Source: Phoronis australis
Taxonomy: Eukaryota; Animalia; Phoronida
Assembly (NCBI GenBank): GCA_002633005.1
Contig: NMRA01000763.1
Span: 65,160 to 129,159, forward strand
Direction of reading: 5' to 3'
Length of the DNA stretch: 64,000 nt
The position numbers and the translations under genes were made by a program. Below the pieces are notes generated by a model that was not told the DNA's origin, searched no databases, and was given only the letters and a program-made list of their open reading frames with translations. This document shows positions 27,449 to 40,570 of the stretch, piece after piece. Every line of letters begins with the position of its first letter. Position 1 is the first letter of the stretch.

Positions 27449-28363
27449 TGTAATGTTCTGCGTTGGACAGACAAAATCAAAGTCCGAGTTTGACGAGATG
27501 ATTTTATTTACTAATTCCACTTGGAACCTCAGTGAAAACTTTGAATCCTTGTGAGAACCGTGTGAGAACTGTAAATCTATGAAAATACACAAAATACTCT
27601 AAATACATGACAATATTATATAAAACCGAATCTAAATTAAACTGTTAACAATAGTCACTGTAAGAAACTAGTCAAAATTACTCAAGTCTAAGTGAATCGG
27701 TATATGAACTTTAAATCACATTTTACTAAACCAACATTTATCTTAAAACGTAGTATATCTTAGAATATTTCATAGCTCATAAACTCTAATGAGACTTACA
27801 GAAATTGCTCCCTTTGATCTTATCCACGCATGAACATCCAATTCTTGTTTTGTGTATCAGTATGATCCTTGTCAGTGACTGAATACACTCCTTGAAACTC
27901 TACAGACTCGGTGATCTGCCTAGAATACTTGATTCTCCAAAGTTACTGAGCTTCCTCGTCTCCTAACTTTTTCTTTTGAGAATGACGCTTATGTTTGCTC
28001 CAGAAATATTTATACTCTAAAATATGACTAAACATCACATGGACACTGGTCAAGGCATAAGTACATCGGTGTGGGTGTTTCTTAGAATCAACCCACCTAA
28101 AACTGACCACTCCAAAACATGTTTTGATGATCATATCCTGTTTGTCAGAACTGCACTGAGAACTTAACAGAACTAAAGCTTTTCTGAAGAAATTGCGCAA
28201 TACTCAAGTTTACCACAACAAGTTGTTTACAATAACAAGTCCTGTTCTAAAATATTTGTGACTTTCAAAATAGTTAACTGATATTAATTAACACATTTGT
28301 TCATAAATTTAATTATCGATTAATCGTTACATAATTCTAACATTTTTCATCAAAAATGTTACA
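27449..28363 (-). mobile_element. Solo LTR (915 bp) with 5-bp target-site duplication
   Basis: TGTAA...TTACA termini flanked by a GACTC direct repeat (27444-27448 and 28364-28368); AATAAA on the minus strand about 55 bp from the 27449 end. Confidence 0.8.
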
Positions 28364-29738
28364 GACTCATGTATCATTGCATTGTTTACGTCAACTTCTT
28401 CTCGGTGTGACAGTAACGGACGTTACTACTTATCATTACTTGAATTTTTGTTCACGACTAAATGATAGGTTGAAGTTTCCTCATTTCAGCTCGCAATGTG
28501 TACCGGTACGGGTCTAAGCGCAGAATCTTACTGGCTCCCATACACGTAGGTCTAACCTATGAACTAAATACATGGTTCTTGAATGGTTTGCGGTAAACTG
28601 GGGGACCTGGGATTGTTTGTAATATAGTACTTCATTTGCTGATTCACAATTTAAAGAGACTATGCATGTACATCTTTAACACTGTTACATCGTGGGTCGA
28701 TCACGGAGAAGTGTCGCCTGTAACAAAGCTCGTTATTAGCACTAAGACTTCGTATTTCACGACAGAGATTGTTAGTATCAGTTCGTATAATTCAATCATA
28801 ATGTTACGCTGATTATTTTGCTCTCGTAATTTTACGGTGATGTTTTTGTGCTCGTACTTTTACATATGTTATGAAGTGTTCAGAAGGTAACATCTCAGGT
28901 GCAAAAAGCAAAAGGTAGATATTATTGAAGAGTCATTGTTAACCTACATGTATACGTGCAGCCTTGCGATTCCTGGGCATTTGAAAATGACCAGCTATAC
29001 TAAGTGCCAAATCATAAATCTAGACGGGTGTCTGGCAATATTTTGTTTCATTGGTTGAAAGTATCAATATATAAAATTGCAAAAGCACAAAGGTTCAAAA
29101 CGGTTTTCTAAATATTGATGATAAATCACTCGTTTTTATTCATTGAATAAAAAGCCATTTGCACCAACAATTATTCGATATTATATCAAATGGACATCTG
29201 TTCAACAATTCTTTATAAAAAAAATTAGCATAACTGACAACACAACCATGGGTTCACAGCCGCCAGACAAGTTTAACATGCGTGTGGTGCATGTAGTTAC
29301 GAAGGTACAACTTCTCCAGAGCTCATGTTAAACTACTACAAACCAATTCCTCGTTAGATATAACGATCGATTACGACTGTAAAACATGAGGGAAACCACG
29401 ATTACAATAACGGACGACCCTATCTCCCGAAGGACCAACGACGAGGCTGAAATCCGCATTCGTTAACAACTGACTCGCTTGGTATCCGACTGCTACTGCC
29501 GATTTAGTTGGTTCGAATTTTCACGACTGCTAAATTTTGTAGAATTAGGCCTACTGTCCTCGCTGATAACACGTTCTGGTCATAGATATTTTGAATTCGT
29601 ATCTCAAGTTAATATTTGACATCCGGCTCATTAATTGGGCTGTAATCACCCTGGTAGTACTTACTCCATAATTGAAGCTCCCAAATTTCTATGTGAAGAA
29701 ATGACTACTCGCCGCCTTCTGGTCAACAACTGGTTTAG

Positions 29739-30350
29739 TTACTCAACTAATACGTACAAGACACGCCCACTTCGGGGGGACAACACACAGACATGACACA
29801 AGTTGACATCCACACTGGTTGAGACTAAGCAACTCGGCCAGTTCACTGACCTTGAAATCTGCCAGGTCACTAAGCAATCTTCAAAGAAGCCATTAAACTG
29901 AAGGAAATAAAATCGCCGTGTACCTAGCAGGATGTTGCGGCTATCATTCCAGCTTGGCTTACTTGTTCATCTGCACCAACCTCATTTACCTGCCAAGCAC
30001 GACGAACCCATGCACTAAAGTGTTGAGGTTTATACCCATCCCACACTCGTCCAACAATTTCGGACATTTTGAGACTTACTACGTAAGCATATGTGGAGTG
30101 AAACAACACACTGGTTGAAGTTGGATCGCTACCGGAAACAGATGTTTGGATCCATGGTAACTGAACCTCAGCATATTTCTCGCTGAGCAAGGTGGTAAAC
30201 AAATTTGCACAAGGTTTTGAAGGGCCTGGGAACGATGCCCACTTCGGTGTTGTAACTTTTCTACACTTGCCATCCTCTACAAAATCTACCTATTCACTGC
30301 GGTCACTAAATCCTGTTCCGTTCCATCTAACCTCATGGGAACAATTAGGT
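29739..30350 (-). pseudogene. Frameshifted coding-like segment, possibly a degenerate Hedgehog-N (hedge)/DD-peptidase-fold domain
   Basis: Long open stretch VDFVEDGKC...SVLFHSTYAYVVSLKMSEIVGRVWDGYKPQHFSAWVRRAWQ; shifted frames continue SWNDSRNILL and LSDLADFKVSELAELL..CGCQLV..VLYVLVE*. Similarity judged by eye only. Confidence 0.3.
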
Positions 30351-30571
30351 TACAATCTGCGTAGCTTTAACTATAGTTTTGTCACATTTACGTGTCAGCT
30401 CAGTCGTTCACAGTTTTGTCAAGTGAAGGAAATAATTTAAATCGTCCACTGTCCTCGAAATGGCACCAATCGATTCACAAATCAACGTGCGTGAATTAGC
30501 CGCGCTGCCGAAGAAAGCCTATTAGCAAATTTCTCTTATACTGCATTGATTTTAAGAATTCGAAGAAGTAT

Positions 30572-33301
30572 TAGTCAGGTTCACTATGTCCAAATTTTGA
30601 CAGTCGTTGGAATTTTTTTGGGAAAGTGGAAAGTATACATTCATGGAAACCTCATGGAATGACGAATCAGAAAATAATTGACTTCATTTTTTCGGTGGCC
30701 ATCTTGGAGGCCATCTTGAACTTTCAAAAATGGCGCCGGTAAAATGGATTTTGCCCAATATATCCGCAATTGGGTCCCTCAGAATGTTAGTTTTTATGGC
30801 TACACCTGCAGTTCTGAAGTCGATGAATTGGAATTTTTAATTTCCTTGGCGGCCGTCTTGGTGGCCATCTTGAAATTTCACAAATGGCGCGCGTAAAATA
30901 CATTTTGCTCAAAATTTCTGCTCTTTGGTCACTTAGAATGTTATTTTAAATGGCTGCACCCACATTTTGTGGGGTAAAGAATTGAAAAACACTATTTCTA
31001 AAATGATACATATAATCTAAATGATTTTAATAGCAGATACGAACCCCCAGAATATTTTAAGGAATCACAGAAACGCAGATTATCCTACATGTATATTTAC
31101 AGTCTACATCTATATCTTGTTGAAAACAGAGACATTTGAGACTCATCTCTTGAAGATTTTGTTATTATTTTCACTGTTAACTTTGGAAACCAGTTCTCCT
31201 CTACTCAATGGAAATGCATTTTGCCTTTGACAGTCGGATGGCAGATAAGCTTGGCAGTAACCAGGCTGAGGATCAATGACGAGAACAACAGGAGTTCTAG
31301 CCTGCTGGGCAAATCGACCAGAAACATGCTATCAGCCACTATGAATTCACCTTAATACCAAGAGCAATCTTTTCTGCCAATGGGGCAATGCTGTCATGCA
31401 CAGACAAATCGAATCGAATCCACCTTCTGAAGAAACTTTCCGAAGCAGACCTCTTAGAACAGGACAGTCCTCAAGCTGCAAGAGGTTTTAGACCCACAAC
31501 ATCCAATGAGTGTGTTCACCCAAGCCACAAAACTGCACGTGTGGATAGTATGGAAGTGATTTTCTTAACTAGAGATTATAACGATATCGTTCTGGTTTTT
31601 AACAACCACAAAGACAACTCTTTGAAACAAGCCACAAGAGAAAAAGGAGGCAGAGAAAGGGTCAAGTACAATCTGTACCATATAAGAGACGAGACTTACA
31701 TGAAGAACATCCCATTGAGCCGTTTCCTCTCCCATGACCAAAAAAGGCTCAACTTAATATCTTTATGCAAAGACACTTGAATATAATAAAGACTCTGCCA
31801 AGAAAGTCATTACTTCAGCTTCAGGATACGCTTAGAAGAAAACGATCACGAAAAAGCAGATGTATTACTAATACATTGTACTTCATGCAGTTCTGGCATC
31901 ACATCAAAAGGTCCCTGATTCTCAGGTGAAGTTTTCTTTTCACCTGAAATAGATTTACTGGTACTCGTCATTGCCTATTATGACAGGCTTCTCAGAAATA
32001 CTTCAGTCCCCATGGCATCTGGGATTGTGAACGTGAATCCAATATGGACAATATTAGTTGCTGTCCGGGCAAATAGCTCTTCCTGCTTTCCATGCTTTTA
32101 CATGGATAGACAACACTGGTCCATTCTGTAGGTTGAATATATATTTTGAAGGTAAACACCGATGATATCAATGCACAGCAGACTTTTTATACTGCTTATG
32201 AAAAAACAGGTGAACCTCTTTTCACATTAGCCCCTTTTACATGTGCATACTCAACTCAGGGTAGTCACAAATAGCATCCCAGAGCTGAAATAGTACCTCT
32301 TCTGTAAACATATGGCTGACAGCGATAAACGTCCACCAAGCATGTGCTGATGGTGTTTATTCAAGCCAGAGTTTGAGGCCAGGCAATCATTTCTCGACAG
32401 GAGTTCCTTGATCCGTTGCAGAATGAACTTACAAGGACAAAGATGACCAGCTGAAACACTCACAACTGAGGAGCCTCCGGCGCCAGAGGCCATCATTGAG
32501 ATGGTTAGATGCCAGTGCAAAAAAATTCCTCTTCCCAAAGATGCTCTTGCCGATCAAAGGACCTATTTACACAGATCTATGTCAGTATATTGCAGAATGT
32601 CAGAATGGTGATGACGTGATTCCTGGTGACAGTGATGGCTACAGTAATGATCTATAGACTGACTTCAAAGTTTTGAAAGACTGTTGACACAACAAGAAAC
32701 ATACTTTCATGTTCTTCAAATGTCAATAAGATGTTAAGGTACTGGTTTAGTTTTAAGTGTTTTGAAGGAAACAAGCTCCGAACAAAATATACATGAAAGT
32801 AAGATAGTGACGATGTGTCGGATTACATGAAGAATGTATTTGGAAAATGTGGCTGCTAATAAATGGGGTTTGGATTATGTTTCTCATTTAATAAGTTGCA
32901 TTTTCAGATTTCTTGACCACAAAAATGTGGGTGCAGCCATTAAAACTAACATTCTAAGTGACCCAAGAGCAAAGATACTGAGTAAAAATTATTTTACGGG
33001 CGCCATTTAAAAAAATCCAAGATGGCTGCCAAGATGGCGCCCAAAAATTAAAATTTCCAATTCCTTGACCTGAGAAATGCAGGTGTCATAAAAACCAACA
33101 TTCTTAGTGACCCAAAAGTGGAGATATTGGGCAAAATCCATTTTTCCGGGGCCATTTTTGAAAATCCAAGATGGCCACCAAGATGGCCGCCAAAAATGGA
33201 ATCAATTTTTTTCTGATTTGTCATTCCATGAGGTTTCCAAAAATGTATAGTTTCCATTTTCCCCCAAAAATTCCAACAAAATTATATAACAAACCTGACT
33301 A
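30572..33301 (+). mobile_element. Academ (XPG-type) DNA transposon, internally deleted and decayed
   Basis: ~420-bp TIRs (30572-30990 / 32895-33301) with TAGTCAGGTT...AACCTGACTA termini and a 3-bp TSD TAT. Interior carries disrupted XPG/PIN-like motifs HEKADVLLIH, SPEIDLLVL, PAFHAFT..DNTG and a C-terminal Cys cluster RCQCK..RCSCR..DLCQ..ECQN. Confidence 0.85.
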
Positions 33302-34837
33302 TATCTCAATCACTACGCATTCGACCAAGCTCATGAATAGCGACTAGCTCATTTCAATTCTTGACGATGCCATCAAGCCATCGATGTGCCGAGAAATTCG
33401 CTTGACACGCTGGGGTGAGCAGCGCGCGTTTTTTCATCCACTATGCAAAAGATACGCCTATACTGTAGAGATAGCATTATTAGAAGTATATACAGTGATA
33501 GTAATAGTATCGTTATTAGAGGTGTTATACATGTACATGTAGGTATCAACAGAGGTTATTGAACTAGTGGTACCGGGAATTTCCGAAATAGGCCCATTGG
33601 CGAATATTCGGAAAACGACCTTAAAAAGTCAAATAAAACCAAATATACCCGGACGTATTTTCTGAAGAGGGGGGGGGGCGTATTTTCGAAACCTGCGTCA
33701 ATGAAGCTGTCCTCTTCATACGGTTAATTACCAACCGTCACCGACTATTCCTTTAAACGACAGTCATTGGAATGAAATCGTTATCGTAAAATAGAATGTA
33801 TTGTCAAGATTAGCAAAACTTTACATGAAAACTTATTACATACGTATTTCAGAACAATACATCTCATTGCATAACATGCGAGCAGTTACCCAAAATTCGC
33901 CGATGCGCGAACCTTTGAAATTTTTACGAAAATACAGCAGCAGCAGCAGCGGTAGTAGTACTATAACTGTAATGCTACAGTAATCGTTGTAGAAGTTGCA
34001 TAATAACTCCAACGACATTTTCTATTAGGCTATCATGGGTACAAATATCATCATTTACGGTGCACAAGCTCAAACCAGCGTCAGTTCATCCCAAGGTCGG
34101 AAGAGCGTTCTAAAGTCAAAATTTTCTGCTATTTCTGCCTTGAAAATTAACACAAAAGAAACGGGACTATTTTACGAGTATGCTCGGGCTCTTTACTAGT
34201 GTCTCGAGACAAAATGGCGGCCACTGTAGTGATTGGTCGGTGATGTTGGACTGTTGAATTGTGGGATTGAGCTCCCTCTTGCCGTTACATAGGTGAAGAT
34301 TTTTTTGCTGCAAGAGTACAGTCACCTTGTTACAGTTGAACAACGCACTTGACGTCATGTAACAATCATACTAATCCAGCGGATCATTTTTGACGGTTTA
34401 TGCAACCCAGCATAGGTTAACTTCGAATTTAATGTAATGCGAAAGAGAAATGGTAATATTTCTAAACGAACCCGTGTTAACAGTGGTGGAACTGCCAATG
34501 AGTTTCATTCGGTACAGGGTGATATTAAATTTACAACACCAACTTGCCGTGTCAAAGAACCAAAAGATGGAGCTGCATGGGACTTAATGACTTAAAGTGA
34601 GGATAAAAGCAAACGCGTTTCACAATATGATGTGGCCAAAAGATGGCGTGTAGATCAGACTAAAATGTTGGCAATATATGTTCCACTTTATTCCAATTAG
34701 TAGAATAACAATGAAGATTCTCTAGACCATGTACATGCACGTTGCCTTTGGATGAGAGCGTTTGGTTTGACTAAACCTTCCAACTGGAATGGATCCTCGA
34801 CCTTGTGAATGCGCGATTCCTACGGCTTGTCTATCGT

Positions 34838-37800
34838 CTACAGCTCTTCTATGACGACATTCATCGGCGTGAAAACGTCAGTGCCTGTAATCGCTTGACA
34901 GGTGGGCACGTTGCCGCGAGGATGCATGCATTGACCAACAGATAAGCCCAGTTTCAAATTACCGCTGAAAGCGCCGTCTGCAGTGCCGTAGCAAATGCCC
35001 GAAACTGCAAGAGATAACTTAGGAATAGAAAGAGACTCATGCTTTTCATCGGGAGGCAGTGTGGGCAAAATGGGAAAGAGTTACATAAGTCCATAATTTA
35101 AACACGCTTGCCAATATCAAAGCCGAAATTTTAACGTGCTTTTATTGTGACGGGGCAAATTTCACAGAGCACGAGCGAAAATTGTTGAACGGGCCCCTCT
35201 TAGTTCCTGTCAGTTTTCTGACAAACGATGACACGACTACATTTCTTCGTTTCTAGTTGTAAGTCGTCATTCTTTACATACCGACGGTCACCTAGACCTC
35301 ATTTGGCCAACTCAAATTCGAATTCTCTTAAGAAAACCGCCAAAACGGCCCGTAAAGCGTGACTCAGAAAAAAATAAACCTACCAATTTTCTTTATGAAG
35401 GACTCTGTTGGTAGATGGGGTGGATATGACAGGGGGTCGGGAATCGAACCAATGGTTCAAATACGGAGCTAGGGGGTGAGTAAAATACGCCTTTCGTACC
35501 CGAAATGATCCTCCTGTAAAATAAACGAGGCTGGCATCTGACGAACCCTTCCCCTTCAATTTGTTTCAACCTCGTTTGAAAATTTTCTGACTGTGGGTCC
35601 GCCTACGTACATGTACAAAACACTTCGTAAACATTTTGTCGACCGGGCGACAATCTGGGTAGATGTTGACTGTACAGTATGTATCGTCGCACACGTCATG
35701 TATTGTGGCACTCGGCATGTACATGTACATGTATATTGTGGACACTACAAGAATAATATCGAGTCCGACAATATACATACACAAATGTAACGAGAGTGGC
35801 GTAGATGAAGTAATATCCCACGAGACATTATTAAGCGTATCGACCGGAATAATGTCGAGTCCCATACACTTCGAATTCCTAACTTTCTTTAATTTTTCGA
35901 CAGATTTTTTAAATAATTCACTCAGACTGTTCACGTGGCGGACCACATCCTATATGGATGTACTTGGGCGTTAGGTTGCAAGTTTTCTCTAATAAAAGTA
36001 ACAGTTTTAAATGTAGCAAATAATTACTTGAAAAAGATATAACAAATACATGTATGAAAACAGTGGTAACTGTGCATTGAACTTGGCTAAATAACAACAA
36101 TTTTGATATTGCAGTTACCCAGGAATCGGCGCTTGAGTTGCAGACGATATAATATTGAGCAATTAAAAACTGAGACACAACTGTAATATAATTAACAGTC
36201 CTGTTCCAGATGTTACCATTGGGACCGGATTGCATTACACTGCCGCAACTGTATTACTTTAAACTATTTTCCGAAAGTTTGATGATCGACCCGACTAAAG
36301 ACGTCGAGTCGACATAGACCTACATGTACATGTACCTTTTGAACTACTTTCCATGTCGAACGAGCCCACCATTTGGCAAAGAGGGCAAAAAGTCCGCCTC
36401 AGAGAAACAAAAAGTCTGAGAAAACGAGACAAAAGTCCACTAAAAAGGCGCAGACCCACAGTGAAGGAGGTACCCCGTTTTTTTTTTAGTCCTCGCTCGC
36501 TTTTTGTCAGTAAAAGGTCCACATCGCCCGAAATTCGAGCCCCCCATATTAAAGGCTGGGTGCGTGCACGGACTGACTGTTTTGTGCAGTGTTCTTACCC
36601 GTCGCCGGCAACATATAACCAACACTGTTGCCACTCTTCCCTATAATGTTCTCCACAGAGCTCGGAGAAGAGCACGTCTTCCCATTGATGGTGAAGTACC
36701 ACCGCGAACAACAGAACCGACCGTCCCTAGGATTGACGAGTAGATTCCCGTGAAAGGTCAGTCGCAAGCCTGTCGAACGACTTGTCTTGGCGAATGGGAA
36801 GGCCTGAAATATTTATGAAATCTTGTGTACGTTTACACGGATCTGCTGTCGTATACGAATGTCGCAGATATACGACAGTCGCACGAAACTTCCGACCGTA
36901 GAGACGTGCTATGGCAGGTTTTTTTATTATCTAAATCTACAATCGTAATCGATTTGTCGTTCAGACAACATACATGTATTAGCCACCACAAGAGACCAAT
37001 TGTCAATCATTGTACAGTGTATGCTATTTTACCACGTGACCGAGTGATATGTTGACAACTGATCAACGTCTCTCTCGAGTGTGCCATCAATCTTTTGCAA
37101 GAGTGGTTACTTACCCATGCGGCAGTACATACATGTAGTCGTATACTTTCACGACAATCGAATCGGGGTTTAACGGCGAGCAGACGACCCCTTAGTTGAA
37201 TAGTGTATACATAAACAAAATATTTCTACACTTGAAAGAGAAATGAAAATGTCGGTGCATTTGAGATAAAATAAAAAATCTAGCGTAGTCGTCGTTCAAT
37301 GATCAGTGATAACAATACGTTGATAAGGAGTTAAACGATTACAGCTTACTTTAATTTCTCCGTTATTCTGGTTCGTGAAAGTAGTCCATGTGAAGTGTTG
37401 GATTTTGTAGTTAAACATGTTAGAACCTGTAAAAAGCAAAAATAACATTGGAATTATATGAACTTGAACTGAGGGATATACAGCGAACAGGCCTTTAGAC
37501 ACCAAAACATCGCCCAGTGATTTAACAACGGTTAGGTCAGTCTTCAGTTATGTGACAAGTCGGCCATTCCCAATGATTCCTTATCTGAACAAGATGCCAT
37601 TTTACTGCGATATGTATCTCATTTCATAAGTTAACAGTTTCCAGTAACCCGTTCGTTTGTAACAAAATATTGCCACCACAAGACCGCAGTTTGAAAACGG
37701 CTGATATCGGCCAACAGTGAAAAACGCTTTCGGCCGGGTTCTCGATAGATGACTGGTCAATCAATAGGGTCTATTTTACAAAGATACAGAACGGACAGGT

Positions 37801-38903
37801 AATCACGTGTAATTTCCTTGGGAGTACAGATCACCTAAAACGAAACATTACAAACCAACCCTCGAACTTCATTGAAGTCATCATTTTTGTATTAGAAACA
37901 AGGAGTAAATATCAACGTCCCAGTTGTTCTAAAATCTGAATCAACGGTACGGCAATGCCCTTAAAAGGATTTGTATATTTTTGGTTTTCATCAAGCAGAG
38001 TTAACTTTTCGATAGTGACAGAAAAAATTGGTAAAAATAAATTCATAGGCCTTTACCTTTAACAGAATTTAGTTGTGTTCCCAGTGTGAGTATTGACCGC
38101 GAGTTCGCTCTTGCTTGTTGGACTAGACTCTGCTGATTAGACATTAACGACGTGACGTCGGCCCTGATGCCTGAAACAGATGAATTGCACGAACACGATG
38201 GAGACGAAGATGCCTGCTTCCTCTCCAGCTCGGACACTTTCAGCATGGTCAGTCGGAAGTTGTTCTCCAAGTCCTGATTTTGCTTGCTGATTCGGGACGA
38301 GAGGTTTTTGACTTCCTTGTCGAGTTTCAATTGGTCTTGTGCAATTTGGAAATTGTGCAAAGCGGTAGCCGTTAGGATATCATCATGTTTCTTCAACGTT
38401 CCTTCTGCCGCCTTCACTTTCTTCTCCAGAGCAGACGATACCCCGCCGCTCAATGTGTTGAGTCTCCTCTCATGTGTAGTAACCATTGCACTTAGCTGTA
38501 GCTGCTGAGACAGGCAGGCGGTAAGCTGACTTCTAAATCTGTCGAGAGTTGTCTTCAAATCGCCTGCGATCGATTCTACTCGGTCCAATTGTAACTTTTG
38601 CCTCACTGTTTCATTGACGGCATTATCGAGTGAGTCGACAACCTTTCCGACGGATGCGTTCAACTGGTCAATTTCTGTCTGCGCACGAACGACTCTCGAC
38701 AGCAGTTCATCATGTTGCTTTACGTTGGTTTTTGATTGCAACAAGATCCCTACGTTGTGAAGTTCTTTTTTAAGCAACGACAGTTGTGAATTAATTGTTT
38801 GACCCTGATCAATGCTCGACACCGTCCCCTGATCAACGCTTGAAACGGTGGCAATCGACAGCGCTATGCATAGAAACCTGGCAAAACTTGCGAAAACGCC
38901 CAT
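34838..38903 (-). CDS. Secreted coiled-coil protein with CTHRC1-like C-terminal domain, 431 aa, 4 exons
   Basis: Exons 38903-38057, 37426-37350, 36803-36599, 35004-34838; GT-AG, phases 1,0,1. Signal peptide MGVFASFARFLCIALSIATVSS, about 250 aa of heptad-rich sequence, then FNYK..W..NGEIK.FPFAKTSRSTGLRLTFHGNL..CCSRWYFTINGKTCSSP..VSGICYG..LSVGQC..AITG..NVVIEEL*, matching the CTHRC1 C-domain (CCQRWYFTFNGAEC; GLCEG; IIIEEL). Confidence 0.85.
35592..35947. mobile_element. MITE-like insertion in intron 3 of the CTHRC1-like gene
   Basis: Imperfect TIRs TGTGGGTCCGCCTACGT / ACGTGGCGGACCACA. Confidence 0.45.
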
Positions 38904-39598
38904 GTTGACAAGTGCACTGGTACGCGAAAACACAAAGCGGCACTAGCTTTTCTCGCAGTATGTGCAACACTATAGCACCAGAACAGAGGATGTGTATTAC
39001 GAGTCTTTTAAAAACACTACGTGTTAATCACTAATTATAATTAATAATAGATCCAGTAGCATTATATTATACTGTAGGCCCGCGGCTACTGTATCATTGT
39101 TTTCCGTTTGGTCTTGGAACGTTTGTCCAAAGTCAGTGATAACGCCCTCGAAACGTCCTAGACAATTACTCGTTGTGCAAACCGTACGTCGATATAAGGC
39201 AAAGTTTGACAAACAGGGGCAAACTTGGGTGTTAGGTGCGATACGGTGTTATTTCCGTGCTCCACATAGTCACAGACATTCTGTTGCTGGAGGACTGTTG
39301 CACTTCTCAGCGTGGTTTCACGACCTACTTGGCACATGAGGTCGGGACCGAGTGTCATCAAAATCTTTCCTGGTGCGCATTGGTGACCGGTTTTTAATCT
39401 TATTGTGGCCAAAAACTGATTTAATAAGCATTATTAGGTATTGGAGCCCTCGCTAATACCGCATGAAGGTCCAGTTTAGATTCTCAAAAAGGTCACCGCG
39501 ACGCCGCCCATTGCACCAACCTTGTAGTTCGTAAATGCAACTTATAAGAATATCACTGATCGCAGATAGCGCCTTTACAGGTAGCCAATATATACAAA

Positions 39599-39616
39599 CA
39601 CGCACGAGCACACACA

Positions 39617-39649
<33 letters not shown>

Positions 39650-39678
39650 GCACGCACGCACACACACACACACACACA
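39599..39678. repeat. (CACG)n/(CA)n compound microsatellite
   Basis: Read directly from the sequence. Confidence 0.9.
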
Positions 39679-39759
39679 GTCACATATAGGCATACCATAT
39701 AGATATATTAATATGTACATGTAAACATTGTACGACCATGTCGTTTGACATCAGCAAGT

Positions 39760-40570
39760 AATTCATTTAGACTAGTCTTCCACGTCAACTATCCTCGGCC
39801 TGGCCAACGTTCCGCTGATGACCGGTTTCTACTTGAAGAGACATGGATTTCACACTTGTCAAATGTGACCACCTTCGCTATCAGACTATGACTTGCCAAT
39901 CACCGGCTGTCAACCACATTCTTCGGATGATCCACAACCTCAATATCCCTTTGAATGTTTACGTAGTTCATCGCATGAGCGACGAAAATTTCCAATCTTG
40001 CAAGATAGTACCACCTGATGGCGACCTTTGACGTAAACGTAATCGCCCAATGGCGGACAATGCCTCAAAGTCGGTCGTTGCTCAAGATATCTTTGTCGGA
40101 AGCCTTGTGTCTATGATTTGACTGAGGCATTATTCCAATCTCCCAAAACATAAAAGATGCGCCCAATGTTTAAAAAGTCGATATTTGTGCAAACCTCTTA
40201 CACCATACAGCTATGATCCCCATCAAATTGATAAAGCATCACTTGCTAACAACATGTCCACAGCACAGTGACTGCACTTAATCGCCTTCGCCTAACACAT
40301 CGCATTGGTTCTCAATGACGACTTTCGACTTTTAAACCAATCAGATGTCAATCAAGTGCAGCACTCCGGACAAGTTTACATTGGCCTTTTGCGGATGGCC
40401 AAAATTCATCGCCTAAACACCCGAGATGTCATTATTTAAAGCTGTACTTAACACTGCATTGATGGCTAGAAACTGCAATGCCCTATACTCCCCATAGAAT
40501 TGGTTTCATACTATTCCTTACTGTGACAGACTTCTATTTCCCTTACCAACAAGAACCAGAACTCAAGAAA
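39760..40570 (+). mobile_element. Highly decayed LINE ORF2 remnant
   Basis: Fragments DKLHWP and YFP..TRT.NS resemble the 3' end of CR1/RTE-group ORF2; heavily disrupted. Confidence 0.3.

Noticed and set aside
29924-30276. Candidate second exon of the coiled-coil gene (phase-compatible acceptor at 30276)
   Set aside because: The gene is fully explained by the three CTHRC1-like exons and stops at 34838.
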